Shown: piece after piece, positions 50,222 to 59,398 of the stretch
Position numbering within the stretch: position 1 is the first letter of the stretch
Layout: every line of letters starts with the position of its first letter
Assembly: GCA_963816145.1 (NCBI GenBank)
Contig: CAWFJP010000018.1
Location: 208,462-272,461 of the forward strand
Direction: 5' to 3'
DNA: 64,000 bases
From: an uncultured delta proteobacterium
GTDB lineage: Bacteria; Desulfobacterota; Binatia; UBA9968
Notes under the pieces: generated by a model
What the model saw: the letters and a program-made list of their open reading frames with translations, nothing else
The model's database searches: none
Told to the model about the DNA's origin: nothing
Position numbers and translations under genes: made by a program

Positions 50222-51502
50222 TCATCCCGGCTCGACAACCGTTTGCCGTTGCTGGGCGAAGCCGAACAACGCAAGGGTCACCGCCAGCAACACCAAAGAG
50301 CTCAAGGCCAACGACCAATGAATGCCGATCAAACCGCCGATCACGCCGACGGTGAGCCCACTAAAGGCGCGCAGACCGAAGGCCGACATCGAGAATAGGC
50401 CAATCAACCGGCCGCGCAGATGGGTCGGCGCTTCCAGCTGCACGATGGTCTGGGCGATCGAGTAGAACGCGAGATTCAGGGCGCCGGCGATAAATAACAA
50501 CGTCAAGGACAAGGGATAGCTCTTGGAAAAAGCGAACGCCGTCATCGCCAGGCACCAGAGAATCGCACAGCTGATCGCAGCTTTCACCGTCGGCGGCACC
50601 CATTGTTTGCCGTCGAGGACAAAACCGCCGAATACCGAACCAGCGGCATTGGCGGCGAGCAGCGCACTGTAGGCAAAATCGGCCTTGTCGGTGCCAAGAT
50701 CATGGGCAAACTCCGGCATGCTCGCTTGGAATGCGTTACCGACAAAGAGTGATGCCGCACCGCCGAGAACGATCATCGTCACGATGGAACGGTGCTGCGC
50801 CACTTCGCGCAACACGTTCGCCGCGTCGCGCCAACGCAACCCGCGCCGCGCCGGCGCCCCTTCGCGCAAGTGGCCGGTGTAGGGCACCAGCATGAGCCAA
50901 ATCGTCAGCGGCAAATAAATCGCCGCGTTGATCAATAACCCCGCCGGCGCGCCCAACCAGAGCATCATGGCGCCGCCTACCGCCGGACCGAACAGAATGC
51001 CCAATTGGCGCGCCGTGGCGTTCAAGCGCACCGCACTGGGCAAATCGTCGCCGCCGACGATGTCGTGAATCATCAAGATCTCCGCCGGCGTCCAGAACAC
51101 CCCGGCGATGCCGTGGATCACCAAGAGAACGCAGGCATGCCAGATTTGAATCGTATCGGTCAAAAACAGGACTGCCCAAAGCGCCGTCACGCCCATGTAC
51201 ATGACTTGGGCGATCTGGATCAGTTTGCGGCAGTCATACCGGTCGGCCAAACCGCCGAAATAAACTGACAATAAAAGAAACGGCGTCCAGTGACTGATGA
51301 CGGCGAAACCGGCAAGCACCGGCGATTGAAACTTTTGGAACAACACCCAATAGCTGATCACATGCTCGATATTGTCGGCCATCATGGCGAGCATGGTGGC
51401 GATGAGAAACCAGCGGTAATCCCTATGCTTCAGCGCCGCGAAGGCAACTTTCGGCGGCGCAACATTTGCATTTGTCGAGGTGCTTGGGGTGCGTGAATCC
51501 AA
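50222..51502 (-). CDS. MFS transporter (paralog 1)
   Basis: Same motifs as its neighbours. TTG start. Confidence 0.88.
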   Translation of the reverse strand: MDSRTPSTSTNANVAPPKVAFAALKHRDYRWFLIATMLAMMADNIEHVISYWVLFQKFQSPVLAGFAVISHWTPFLLLSVYFGGLADRYDCRKLIQIAQVMYMGVTALWAVLFLTDTIQIWHACVLLVIHGIAGVFWTPAEILMIHDIVGGDDLPSAVRLNATARQLGILFGPAVGGAMMLWLGAPAGLLINAAIYLPLTIWLMLVPYTGHLREGAPARRGLRWRDAANVLREVAQHRSIVTMIVLGGAASLFVGNAFQASMPEFAHDLGTDKADFAYSALLAANAAGSVFGGFVLDGKQWVPPTVKAAISCAILWCLAMTAFAFSKSYPLSLTLLFIAGALNLAFYSIAQTIVQLEAPTHLRGRLIGLFSMSAFGLRAFSGLTVGVIGGLIGIHWSLALSSLVLLAVTLALFGFAQQRQTVVEPG

Positions 51503-51601
51503 TGAGGTATCCGATCAGCCAACCGTAGAATTTCAAACTAACGGATATTGACGGTCGGTGCAAATCTGGGGTTAGCGAAACTCTTTTAAGAAATAATTTC
51601 C

Positions 51602-52939
51602 TTGCCATCTTCGGCTGCTTCTGGGAAAAACGAAGCAGCACCGAAACAACCTCGAGGCGCCGCACTGAAACCCCTCCGGCAAATATTTTCGCAAACCTTC
51701 ATCGGCTGGCGCATGGTCGGTCTAGTCTCGGCGCTGCGCGTGCTCGGCGGCGGCCTGCACAACTACGGCTTCACGGTGTTTTTTTTGCCGATCAGCACCG
51801 ACCTGGGTTTGAACCGCGCCGAGACCTCCCTAGCCTTCTCCTTGGCGCGCGCCCAGGGCGCGATCGAGGGCCCCTTTGTCGGCTATCTCATCGATCGTTT
51901 CGGTCCCAAGCCGATGATCCTGACCGCGGTGCTCCTAACCGGCTTGGGTTACGTATGCCTCGGCTGGGTGCATAGCTACACGACTTTTCTAATCGTCTAT
52001 CTCGGCATCATCTCGCTGTCATTCACGCCCGGCTTTGTCCATGCGCCCATGGCGGTGGGCAACACTTGGTTCATTCGCTATCGCGCCCGTGCCATGACCG
52101 TGATCAGCTCGGCTGTGCCTATCGGCGGCACGCTCCTGACGCCGTTGCTCGCCATCGCCGTGCAACAATGGGGTTGGCGCTGGGGCGCCATCCTCGGCGG
52201 CTTGTCCTTTCTAATTATCGGCATTCCGCTCGGCCTCGGTGTGCGCTCATCGCCCGAGAGCCTGGGCCTACTTCCCGACGGCGCCGCGCCTGAAACGAAC
52301 ACCAGTGCAACCGCCGCCGATCGTTCCATCGCGCCAGCCATAAAAGAAGATCCGACACTGCGCGAGGCGATGACGACTTGGATATTTTGGCTGTTCGTCG
52401 TCGGCATGACGGTGCGCGTCGGCGCCTACAGCACGATCAGCGTCCACTTCGTGCCGATCATGGTTTGGAAAGGCATGTCGCAGGAAGGCGCGGCGTTGTT
52501 ACTGGCGAGCTTCGCCTTTTTGAATTGGGCGGCGCACTATGTCATCGGTTGGTTCGCTGACACCACCAACCGGCCGAAACTTTTGACCTTGTGCATGCTC
52601 GCCGCCGCAGCTTCGATGTTATTGTTGGTCTTGGGCGACGGCGCGTGGCCGTTATGGGCCTTTACCATCGGATTTACCGCAATCGATGCTTCGTTTCCGA
52701 TCGTATGGGCCACCATCGGCGACTTCTTTGGCCGCAAATATTTCGCCACCATCCGCGGCACGATGTCTTTCTTCTACACCTGGGGCAGTGTGCTCGGGCC
52801 GGTCATCGCCGGCGCCGCCTACGACCGCAGCCAAAGCTATGTCGCGACCTTGTACGGCTTAGTGGCGATACTCCTACTCGGCGCCATTCTCACGGCGATG
52901 ACGATCAAACCGTGGAGAGAAATAATGGATAATGGATAA
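51602..52939 (+). CDS. MFS transporter (OFA/MCT-like)
   Basis: YGFTVFF.P, GYLIDRFGPK, WF...R.RA and FFGRKYFATIRG. Start uncertain. Confidence 0.85.
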   Translation: MPSSAASGKNEAAPKQPRGAALKPLRQIFSQTFIGWRMVGLVSALRVLGGGLHNYGFTVFFLPISTDLGLNRAETSLAFSLARAQGAIEGPFVGYLIDRFGPKPMILTAVLLTGLGYVCLGWVHSYTTFLIVYLGIISLSFTPGFVHAPMAVGNTWFIRYRARAMTVISSAVPIGGTLLTPLLAIAVQQWGWRWGAILGGLSFLIIGIPLGLGVRSSPESLGLLPDGAAPETNTSATAADRSIAPAIKEDPTLREAMTTWIFWLFVVGMTVRVGAYSTISVHFVPIMVWKGMSQEGAALLLASFAFLNWAAHYVIGWFADTTNRPKLLTLCMLAAAASMLLLVLGDGAWPLWAFTIGFTAIDASFPIVWATIGDFFGRKYFATIRGTMSFFYTWGSVLGPVIAGAAYDRSQSYVATLYGLVAILLLGAILTAMTIKPWREIMDNG

Positions 52940-53007
52940 TTGAGAATGGAAAATGATAATCCGGATCCGGATTATCATTTTCCATTCTCAATTATCCATT
53001 ATCCATT
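52924..53007. repeat. 84-bp perfect palindrome between convergent genes (probable bidirectional terminator)
   Basis: 42-nt arm AATGGATAATGGATAATTGAGAATGGAAAATGATAATCCGGA followed immediately by its exact reverse complement. Confidence 0.9.
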
Positions 53008-53009
53008 TG

Positions 53010-53915
53010 TTATCCCCTCGTCTTCGACATTTTTGGATCGAGGGCATCGCGCAGGGCATCACCGAGCAGATTGAAACTCATTAACGCGAAGAAGATAAAG
53101 AGTCCGGGCAAAAATACTTGCAACGGTGCAATGAAGATATTGGTCGCGGCATTGGTGAGTAGATTTCCCCAACTCGGCGTCGGCGGCTGAATGCCCAGAC
53201 CGAGAAAACTCAAGGTCGTCTCGGCGCGGATCGCCGCGCCGGCATCAAGCGTCGCCGAAACGATCAACGGCCCCAAAGCATTCGGCAGCAAATGACGCAA
53301 CATCACGCGCCAGCGCGAAGCCCCGAGACATTGCGCCGCCAAGACAAACTCTTGCTCGCGAAACGACAAGACCGCGCTGCGCGCCAAGCGCGCCGCGTTG
53401 GTCCATTCCAGAGCGACGAGAATGACGATGATATTGAGCAGGCCCGGCCCGGCCAGCTTGGACAGGACCAACAGCAGGACGATGCGCGGTATGGTGTAAA
53501 TGGTGTCCACCAGGCGCATGAGAGCATTATCCAGCGCGCCGCCGACATAGCCGGCCAGAATGCCGATTAGCCCGCCGATCAGAACAGTGCTCAACGCCAC
53601 CGCCAATCCCACGGTCAAGGAGACGCGCCCGCCATGCATGATGCGCACCCAAGTATCCCGCCCGAGCTCATCGGTGCCGAGCCAATGGCGCGCCGACGGC
53701 ATCTGCATGCGCTCCGACAGCGAAACTTGGTCGAGTTCATAAGAAACCAGAGAGGGACCGACTATCACCGCAAGCAGCAACGTCACAAAGAAAAAGAAGC
53801 CGACGTAAGCGACCCTGTGCTGTTTGAAGCGGCGCCAGACGACCCTCCAGTAGCCGGCCGGCTCGGTGCTCTGCACAGGGTTCAAATGAACTATCGCTGG
53901 ATTATCGACTGCCAT
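53010..53915 (-). CDS. Peptide/nickel ABC transporter permease (DppC-like)
   Basis: HWLGTDELGRD, EFVLAA..LGAS and HLLPN. Confidence 0.9.
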   Translation of the reverse strand: MAVDNPAIVHLNPVQSTEPAGYWRVVWRRFKQHRVAYVGFFFFVTLLLAVIVGPSLVSYELDQVSLSERMQMPSARHWLGTDELGRDTWVRIMHGGRVSLTVGLAVALSTVLIGGLIGILAGYVGGALDNALMRLVDTIYTIPRIVLLLVLSKLAGPGLLNIIVILVALEWTNAARLARSAVLSFREQEFVLAAQCLGASRWRVMLRHLLPNALGPLIVSATLDAGAAIRAETTLSFLGLGIQPPTPSWGNLLTNAATNIFIAPLQVFLPGLFIFFALMSFNLLGDALRDALDPKMSKTRG

Positions 53916-53950
53916 TCTTCACCTCCCCGTCCTCTTTCCTCCCCCGCATC

Positions 53951-54083
53951 GAGACTGTGTCGCAACTGTCATTTCGAGGTGAAGCCGAGAAATCTCTTCT
54001 TCGTATGTGGCTGAAAACACGAGATCCCTCGCTGCGCTCGGGATGACAAATGTGGGGGCATTTGCGCATTACGACACAGCCTC
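53951..54083. mobile_element. MITE copy 3 (133 bp, ATC target duplication)
   Basis: atc|GAGACTGTGTCGCAA...TTACGACACAGCCTC|atc, inside CCTCCCCCGC...GCGGGGGAGG. Confidence 0.88.
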
Positions 54084-54137
54084 ATCGCGGGGGAGGATGA
54101 AGGTGGGGGTGCTTTTTGTGAAGCTGTATTTCATTAA

Positions 54138-55109
54138 TCAGCTCTGATACCGAATGCGCGGGTCGAGCCAGCCATAAATCACATCGGCCAGTAGATTGAA
54201 GAATACGACGGTCACGGCGATGATCATCACCACGGTCATCGCGACAATGTAGTCGTTGCCCATGATCGACGTGTAGAGGAGCCGGCCCATGCCCGGATAG
54301 GCGAAAACCGTTTCGATCACAGTCGAGCCGCCGACCACTCGCGGCATGGTAACGGCAATAATCGTCACTACCGGAATCAATGCGTTTTTGAGCGCATGGC
54401 GGCCGATGACGACAGTTTCGCTCAAACCCTTGGCCCGTGCCGTGGTGAGATAATCCTGGCGCAGCACTTCGAGCAAACTCGACCGCATGAAGCGCTGAAC
54501 CTGAATAATCTCGGAGATCGCCAAAACCGCCACCGGCAAGATCAGATGCTTGAGCCAATCCACCGTCGCTGCCCAACTGCCGGGTTCAAGCTCGCTATTG
54601 ACGATGCCCGAGGTCGGCAGCCAGCCGAGCTTGACGGAGAACAGGATGATCAACATCAGCCCGAGCCAAAACGCCGGCACTGAATAGGCAACAAACGTCG
54701 TCGCGGTGAGCACATAGTCAGCGATGGAATACTGCCGCACCGCGGAAAAAATTCCCAGAGCGATCGCGATCAACTTGCCCAACACCACGGCGGCGATGGT
54801 CAGCACCAGGGTGTTTTTCAGCGCCGGGAGAATGATATTGAACACCGGCTGGCCATATTCACGCGAGTAGCCGGGGTTTAACTGGAGCAACTGCCAGAGC
54901 CATTTGCCGTACTGGACATAGATCGGATCATCAAAGCCGTAGAGCTTGCGCAACCGGTCATAATCCTCCGGCCGCAGGTTAGGAATCCCTTCAAGCATCC
55001 GGTACAGCGGATCCCCCGGCATCAAGTAGAGCAACGTGAAGATCAACGCCGATATCACCAACAGAAGCGGCACGGTCTGGCAAAGACGGCGGAGAACGTA
55101 GAGCAGCAT
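54138..55109 (-). CDS. Peptide/nickel ABC transporter permease (DppB-like)
   Basis: PGDP, DYLTTARAKGL, HALKNA and DPRI. Confidence 0.9.
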   Translation of the reverse strand: MLLYVLRRLCQTVPLLLVISALIFTLLYLMPGDPLYRMLEGIPNLRPEDYDRLRKLYGFDDPIYVQYGKWLWQLLQLNPGYSREYGQPVFNIILPALKNTLVLTIAAVVLGKLIAIALGIFSAVRQYSIADYVLTATTFVAYSVPAFWLGLMLIILFSVKLGWLPTSGIVNSELEPGSWAATVDWLKHLILPVAVLAISEIIQVQRFMRSSLLEVLRQDYLTTARAKGLSETVVIGRHALKNALIPVVTIIAVTMPRVVGGSTVIETVFAYPGMGRLLYTSIMGNDYIVAMTVVMIIAVTVVFFNLLADVIYGWLDPRIRYQS

Positions 55110-55140
55110 CGATCAATCACTGACATCGTGACGGCAACAT

Positions 55141-55203
55141 GTTCGTGATCGTGCTCGTGTCGAACTTCAATATCCATCACGAACGCGAAGCACGATCACG
55201 AAC
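55141..55203. repeat. Inverted repeat of 6-mer units (GTTCGTGATCGTGCT...AGCACGATCACGAAC)
   Basis: Stem directly downstream of the SBP gene, a typical position for an mRNA-stabilising structure. Confidence 0.65.
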
Positions 55204-55210
55204 ACGGCAC

Positions 55211-56905
55211 TTAGACTTTATCCCACATATGCGTATTCCACGAACTGGAATTCTGTCCGCCGCTCTCCTGGCGCGGCGTGATGCCGGTCAGGCCCTTTTT
55301 AACAACGAGAACTTCGGGCGTGAAAAAGAGCGGCAGATGGGGCAGCGCCGCGCTAAACATTTTACAGAACTCGATCTGCAGCTTTTCCGACTGTTCGGGC
55401 GTAATGATCGAATTGATATCGTCAAGAATCGCGTCCTTTTTGGGATCGTTCCAACCCGAAACGTTTTCCGGCGCGTACTTATTTTCCGCCGTCGGAATGT
55501 TTTTCGAATGAAACCGTTCGGGCCACTCCTCGATGGTGACGTTGTGCGAACCGATATACGCGCCCGGCCAGCGGTTGCGATTGTCGGCCGAGTTGAGCAG
55601 CCGGTTGGGCATATTTTTGATGTTGGTGCGCACACCAAGCTTTTTCCAATAGTCGGCGATGATCGCCTGCGCCTGTTCATGATCGCGCCTCTCGGCGGTG
55701 ACCCGGAACTCGAACTCCATTTTCTCGCCCTTGCCGTTTACGAGCACGCCGTCGGCGCCGGGCTTCCAACCGGCTTCGGCCAGGAGTTTCTTGGCGCGCT
55801 CCACATCGAACTTGTAAATCGTCGAAGCTGCCAGCGCTTTGCTGTTGACCTTGCGCGCGCGCGACAACGGCAGATGCGAAACCACCTTCTCGCCTTTGAA
55901 AAGATTTTGCACCATGGCGTCGCGGTCGATGGCATGAAGCAAGGCACGCCGCACTCTGACGTCGCTGAACCATAGATTGTCGCGGCTCAGGTTGAGCCAG
56001 GTCCACGACGCCGGGCTAATCAACACCTTCCCCTTGCCCTGCTTTTCCCATTGGTCGCGCAAGATCATCGCGCCGTCGAAAGAGATCGTGCTGCGCATGC
56101 ATATATCGACCTCGCCGGCCATCACCGCCGCTAGATTGGTGTTGGTGTCTTCAACCGTCTTGTAGGTGATGCGCTCGATCTTCGGCCGCCCCAGCGCGAA
56201 ATCATTGAATGCCTCCAACTCCACACGACTTCCCTGGTCCCACTCGACGACCTTGTAGGCGCCGGCGCCGACAAAGTTTTTGTTCCAATACGGCAAATTG
56301 GCGAAGGATTTCATATCGCCGGCTTGGAAAGCGTCGAGCAATAAATGACGCGGGAAAGCGCGCACATGGGTATATTGGATTGCGTAGGCTTCGTTGTAGA
56401 GATCGTTCCAGTGAATCACCAGGGTCCGATCGTCGGGGGTTTCGATCTTCGAAATCATTTCCGGCACCAGGCGATCGGGCATGGGAAATTCCGGATGCTT
56501 GGCGATCTGCCAGCCGAATTCGAAGTCTTTGGAGGTATAAGGCTTGCCGTCGTGCCATTTAAGATTGGGCCGCAGTTTGTAAACCGTGATCATGGTCTTC
56601 TTTTGCACATCGATCTTCCATGTGCCTTTCTTGACCGACGGCAACTCCTCGGCAAGCACCGGCACGCGTTCGAACGTCGTCGGGTTCTGGCCGACGAGCC
56701 CGGCGTCGACCATCGAAACATGCTCGGTCTCACGCCGGTTATGATAGCCGAGACTGGTCACCTGCCGTTCGCCGTGCATGACGATGCGCTTACGAGCCGG
56801 CTGAGCGGCAAATAGCGGCTGCAGCCACAGCGCACTCGCTGCAGTCGCCCCGCTCAGTTTGACGAATTGTCTCCGGGTCAACAATGATTTTTTAGCCTGT
56901 TTCAT
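55211..56905 (-). CDS. Peptide ABC transporter substrate-binding protein (family 5), Tat signal
   Basis: TRRQFVK Tat motif, LRPNLKWHDG and DVRVRRAL.HAIDR. Confidence 0.9.
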   Translation of the reverse strand: MKQAKKSLLTRRQFVKLSGATAASALWLQPLFAAQPARKRIVMHGERQVTSLGYHNRRETEHVSMVDAGLVGQNPTTFERVPVLAEELPSVKKGTWKIDVQKKTMITVYKLRPNLKWHDGKPYTSKDFEFGWQIAKHPEFPMPDRLVPEMISKIETPDDRTLVIHWNDLYNEAYAIQYTHVRAFPRHLLLDAFQAGDMKSFANLPYWNKNFVGAGAYKVVEWDQGSRVELEAFNDFALGRPKIERITYKTVEDTNTNLAAVMAGEVDICMRSTISFDGAMILRDQWEKQGKGKVLISPASWTWLNLSRDNLWFSDVRVRRALLHAIDRDAMVQNLFKGEKVVSHLPLSRARKVNSKALAASTIYKFDVERAKKLLAEAGWKPGADGVLVNGKGEKMEFEFRVTAERRDHEQAQAIIADYWKKLGVRTNIKNMPNRLLNSADNRNRWPGAYIGSHNVTIEEWPERFHSKNIPTAENKYAPENVSGWNDPKKDAILDDINSIITPEQSEKLQIEFCKMFSAALPHLPLFFTPEVLVVKKGLTGITPRQESGGQNSSSWNTHMWDKV

Positions 56906-57054
56906 GAACCGACCTCCATAGCTACCAATGCAAATTACGCAACCGGTATAACCAAAGGGCCGAGCCGGGTCAATTCAAATCCATCAAGCCATTCCTTGAC
57001 AACCCACCGATGCTCCAGTTACATGAAAAGCGATCACTCTTTAGGAGGCTCCCC

Positions 57055-57759
57055 ATGGCTGCCGATTTTGAAGATCACTGTTGGAAAGATATCGTTTCAC
57101 CGGAAATTTTAAAAACCTACACGCCGTATCATCGCGAAACCTTCATCGGTCAAAGGCCGGCGCTGCTAGCCATCGACCTTTATAACCTTGCTTACGAAGG
57201 CGGCGCAAAATATCCGCACGAGCTGGTCGACACGCACAAGAGTTCTTGCGGTATCTACGCCCACGAGGCGATCAAGCCAACCCAAGAATTATTCGCCTTG
57301 GCCCGCAGCTTGAAGGTCCCGGTTTTCTATACAACCACAGAGACCCGCAAGGAAGCTAAACCGGATTACATCTACGCGACCAATCGCCAGCGGGTGAAAA
57401 TCGATCCTGAGGCGTTCGAGATCAAAGAAGAGTTCAAACCGCAGCCCGGCGATGTGGTGATCTTTAAAGAACGCGCCAGCGGCTTCTTCGGCACGCCGTT
57501 GGTAGCCCATCTCACTCAATTGGGTTGCGACAGCTTGATCGTTTGCGGCGAAAGCACCAGCGGCTGTGTGCGCGCCAGCTGCGTCGACGGCTATTCTCTT
57601 GGCTATCACGTGTCAATCGTTGAAGAATGCGTCTTCGACCGCAGCCCGCTCTCCCACAAGGTCAACCTGTTCGACATGCACCACAAGTACACCGACGTGA
57701 TGAAGCTCGAAGAAGTCAAAGAAAAGATCAAACAAGAACGGCCGAGGAAACCGAACTAA
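57055..57759 (+). CDS. Isochorismatase-family amidase (N-carbamoylsarcosine/maleamate amidase-like)
   Basis: PALLAID, K.RASGFFGT, STSGCVRA and LFDM..KY.DV. AGGAGG RBS. Confidence 0.85.
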   Translation: MAADFEDHCWKDIVSPEILKTYTPYHRETFIGQRPALLAIDLYNLAYEGGAKYPHELVDTHKSSCGIYAHEAIKPTQELFALARSLKVPVFYTTTETRKEAKPDYIYATNRQRVKIDPEAFEIKEEFKPQPGDVVIFKERASGFFGTPLVAHLTQLGCDSLIVCGESTSGCVRASCVDGYSLGYHVSIVEECVFDRSPLSHKVNLFDMHHKYTDVMKLEEVKEKIKQERPRKPN

Positions 57760-57763
57760 ATAT

Positions 57764-57866
57764 CCGTTCCAGAAGTTCCAACCGTTCCAATGGTTCCATT
57801 CGGGAATCGCACTTCTGTTTTTTCGCACCGTTGGAACGACTGGAACAATTGGAACCATTGGAACGG
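57764..57866. repeat. Inverted repeat of 9-mer GTTCCA/TGGAAC units
   Basis: Four GTTCCA units followed by four TGGAAC units. Half copies at about 25020-25052 and 62945-62960. Confidence 0.8.
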
Positions 57867-57880
57867 GAATAGTTGAAATC

Positions 57881-58678
57881 ATGTACAGCACCGCCAACGG
57901 CATAAAAATCTATTACGAAGTCTCCGGCGAAGGCCTGCCCTTCGTCATGGTGCATGCCAATCCGTTCGACCATAACTTGTGGATGTACCAGATCGCCCAC
58001 TTCTCGACGTACTTCAAAGTGGTCGGCATCGACATCCGCGGTTATGGCCGATCCGACAAACCGGAGACCCCGTTTAGCCTCAAAGACATGGCCGACGACG
58101 TACTCGGCGTTTGCCGCGATCTCGACATCAAAGAAGCGATCTTGGGCGGCGTCAGCGTCGGCTCGGGGATGGCGATTTTGCTCGGCCTCGATCATCCGGA
58201 GATTTTTAAAGCAATCATTCTGGTTGGCGGCAGCAGCGGTCCCGGCGGCTCCATCGACGAACGCATCCGCGGCTATACCAAGGTCGGCATTGACAAGTAT
58301 CATATCCAGCATTTGCGCGAACTGGTCGCGCCGGATTTCCCACAAACCAAGTTGGGCAAGTATCTGCTCAGCACTTTCGTCGAGCGCGATCCCTGGCTGT
58401 CGGGCGAGTCGATCGGCCAGATCTTTCGCGCCCGCGGCGGGCTCGACATGACGCCGCGTCTGCCGACCATGAAAGTGCCGACTTTGGTGATCAACGGCGA
58501 GTACGACAACTCGCTGGCCGGCGGCAAGAAAACCGCGTCGTTGATCCCCGGCGCCGTGCATAGAATCCTGCCCAAGACCGGTCACGCCTGCAACATCGAA
58601 GATCCCGCCGGCTTCGACGAGTTCGTGATTGAGTTCCTGCGCGCCAATAAGTTGATGCCCTCTGCTCCAAGTCGCTGA
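57881..58678 (+). CDS. Alpha/beta hydrolase
   Basis: IYYEVSG.G.P, DIRGYGRS, GVSVG, GEYD and TGH. Confidence 0.88.
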   Translation: MYSTANGIKIYYEVSGEGLPFVMVHANPFDHNLWMYQIAHFSTYFKVVGIDIRGYGRSDKPETPFSLKDMADDVLGVCRDLDIKEAILGGVSVGSGMAILLGLDHPEIFKAIILVGGSSGPGGSIDERIRGYTKVGIDKYHIQHLRELVAPDFPQTKLGKYLLSTFVERDPWLSGESIGQIFRARGGLDMTPRLPTMKVPTLVINGEYDNSLAGGKKTASLIPGAVHRILPKTGHACNIEDPAGFDEFVIEFLRANKLMPSAPSR

Positions 58679-58843
58679 CATTACTCACCACGAAGAGCAC
58701 GAAGTCCGGAGCCTTAATTGTCCGAAAACTTCGTGTACTTCGTGTCTTCGTGGTGACGCGGATTTGTCACTTTCCTCGATGTGCAGAATCCGCCTGGACA
58801 TGCTATAGGATTGGCGATTCACAAGGACGACGAGGAAATCCCT

Positions 58844-59398
58844 ATGGCTGTCAATTTAGCAAAGCTGAAGAACATGTCGCCGCCCAAAGGCATGGAATTT
58901 CACATCGCCAAGGTCGGTCATGTGGTCTTGCAGGTCGCCGACCTCGAACAGGCGACGGAATTCTACACCCAAGTTCTCGGCTTCAAAGTGTCCGACGTTT
59001 ATCCCGAAGAGATGATGCCGGGCGGCATGGTATTTCTGCGTTGTAATACCGATCATCACTGCCTTGCCTTAGTTGGCCAGGGTGACGGCAAGAACGCTCA
59101 TCGCGAGCTGCACCATCTCGCCTTTGAAGTGCCGACCCTCGCCGAAGTGCTGCGCGCGCGCGATCGCCTGAAGCAGTTTGGCGCCAAGATCGACTTCGAG
59201 GGACGGCGCCGCGCCGGCTGTCAGATCGCCGTCGAGTTCCGCGACCCGGACAACAACTCACTGGAAATTTACTGGGGTGTCGATCAAGTCGGCAGCGATG
59301 GCCGCGTCCGGCCGGCGAACGAATGGCATGGGATGAATTCACTTGATGGCGCCATCGCCAACCCGGTGCCGGGCCAGGACACGCATATCCCTAAATGA
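58844..59398 (+). CDS. VOC/glyoxalase (extradiol-dioxygenase-like single domain)
   Basis: GHVVL.V.D, FLRC..DHH, LHHLAF and DPD.N.LE. Confidence 0.85.
   Translation: MAVNLAKLKNMSPPKGMEFHIAKVGHVVLQVADLEQATEFYTQVLGFKVSDVYPEEMMPGGMVFLRCNTDHHCLALVGQGDGKNAHRELHHLAFEVPTLAEVLRARDRLKQFGAKIDFEGRRRAGCQIAVEFRDPDNNSLEIYWGVDQVGSDGRVRPANEWHGMNSLDGAIANPVPGQDTHIPK

Noticed and set aside
23072-58678. Complete nicotinate (nic) degradation pathway
   Set aside because: NicE-, NicF- and NicD-like families are present but scattered. The isomerase-like proteins lack catalytic Cys and no hydroxylases are present.
29564-58756. Repeated CACGAAG and GTTCCA units as a possible CRISPR array
   Set aside because: The units are dispersed or tandem 9-mers with no unique spacers, and there are no cas genes.
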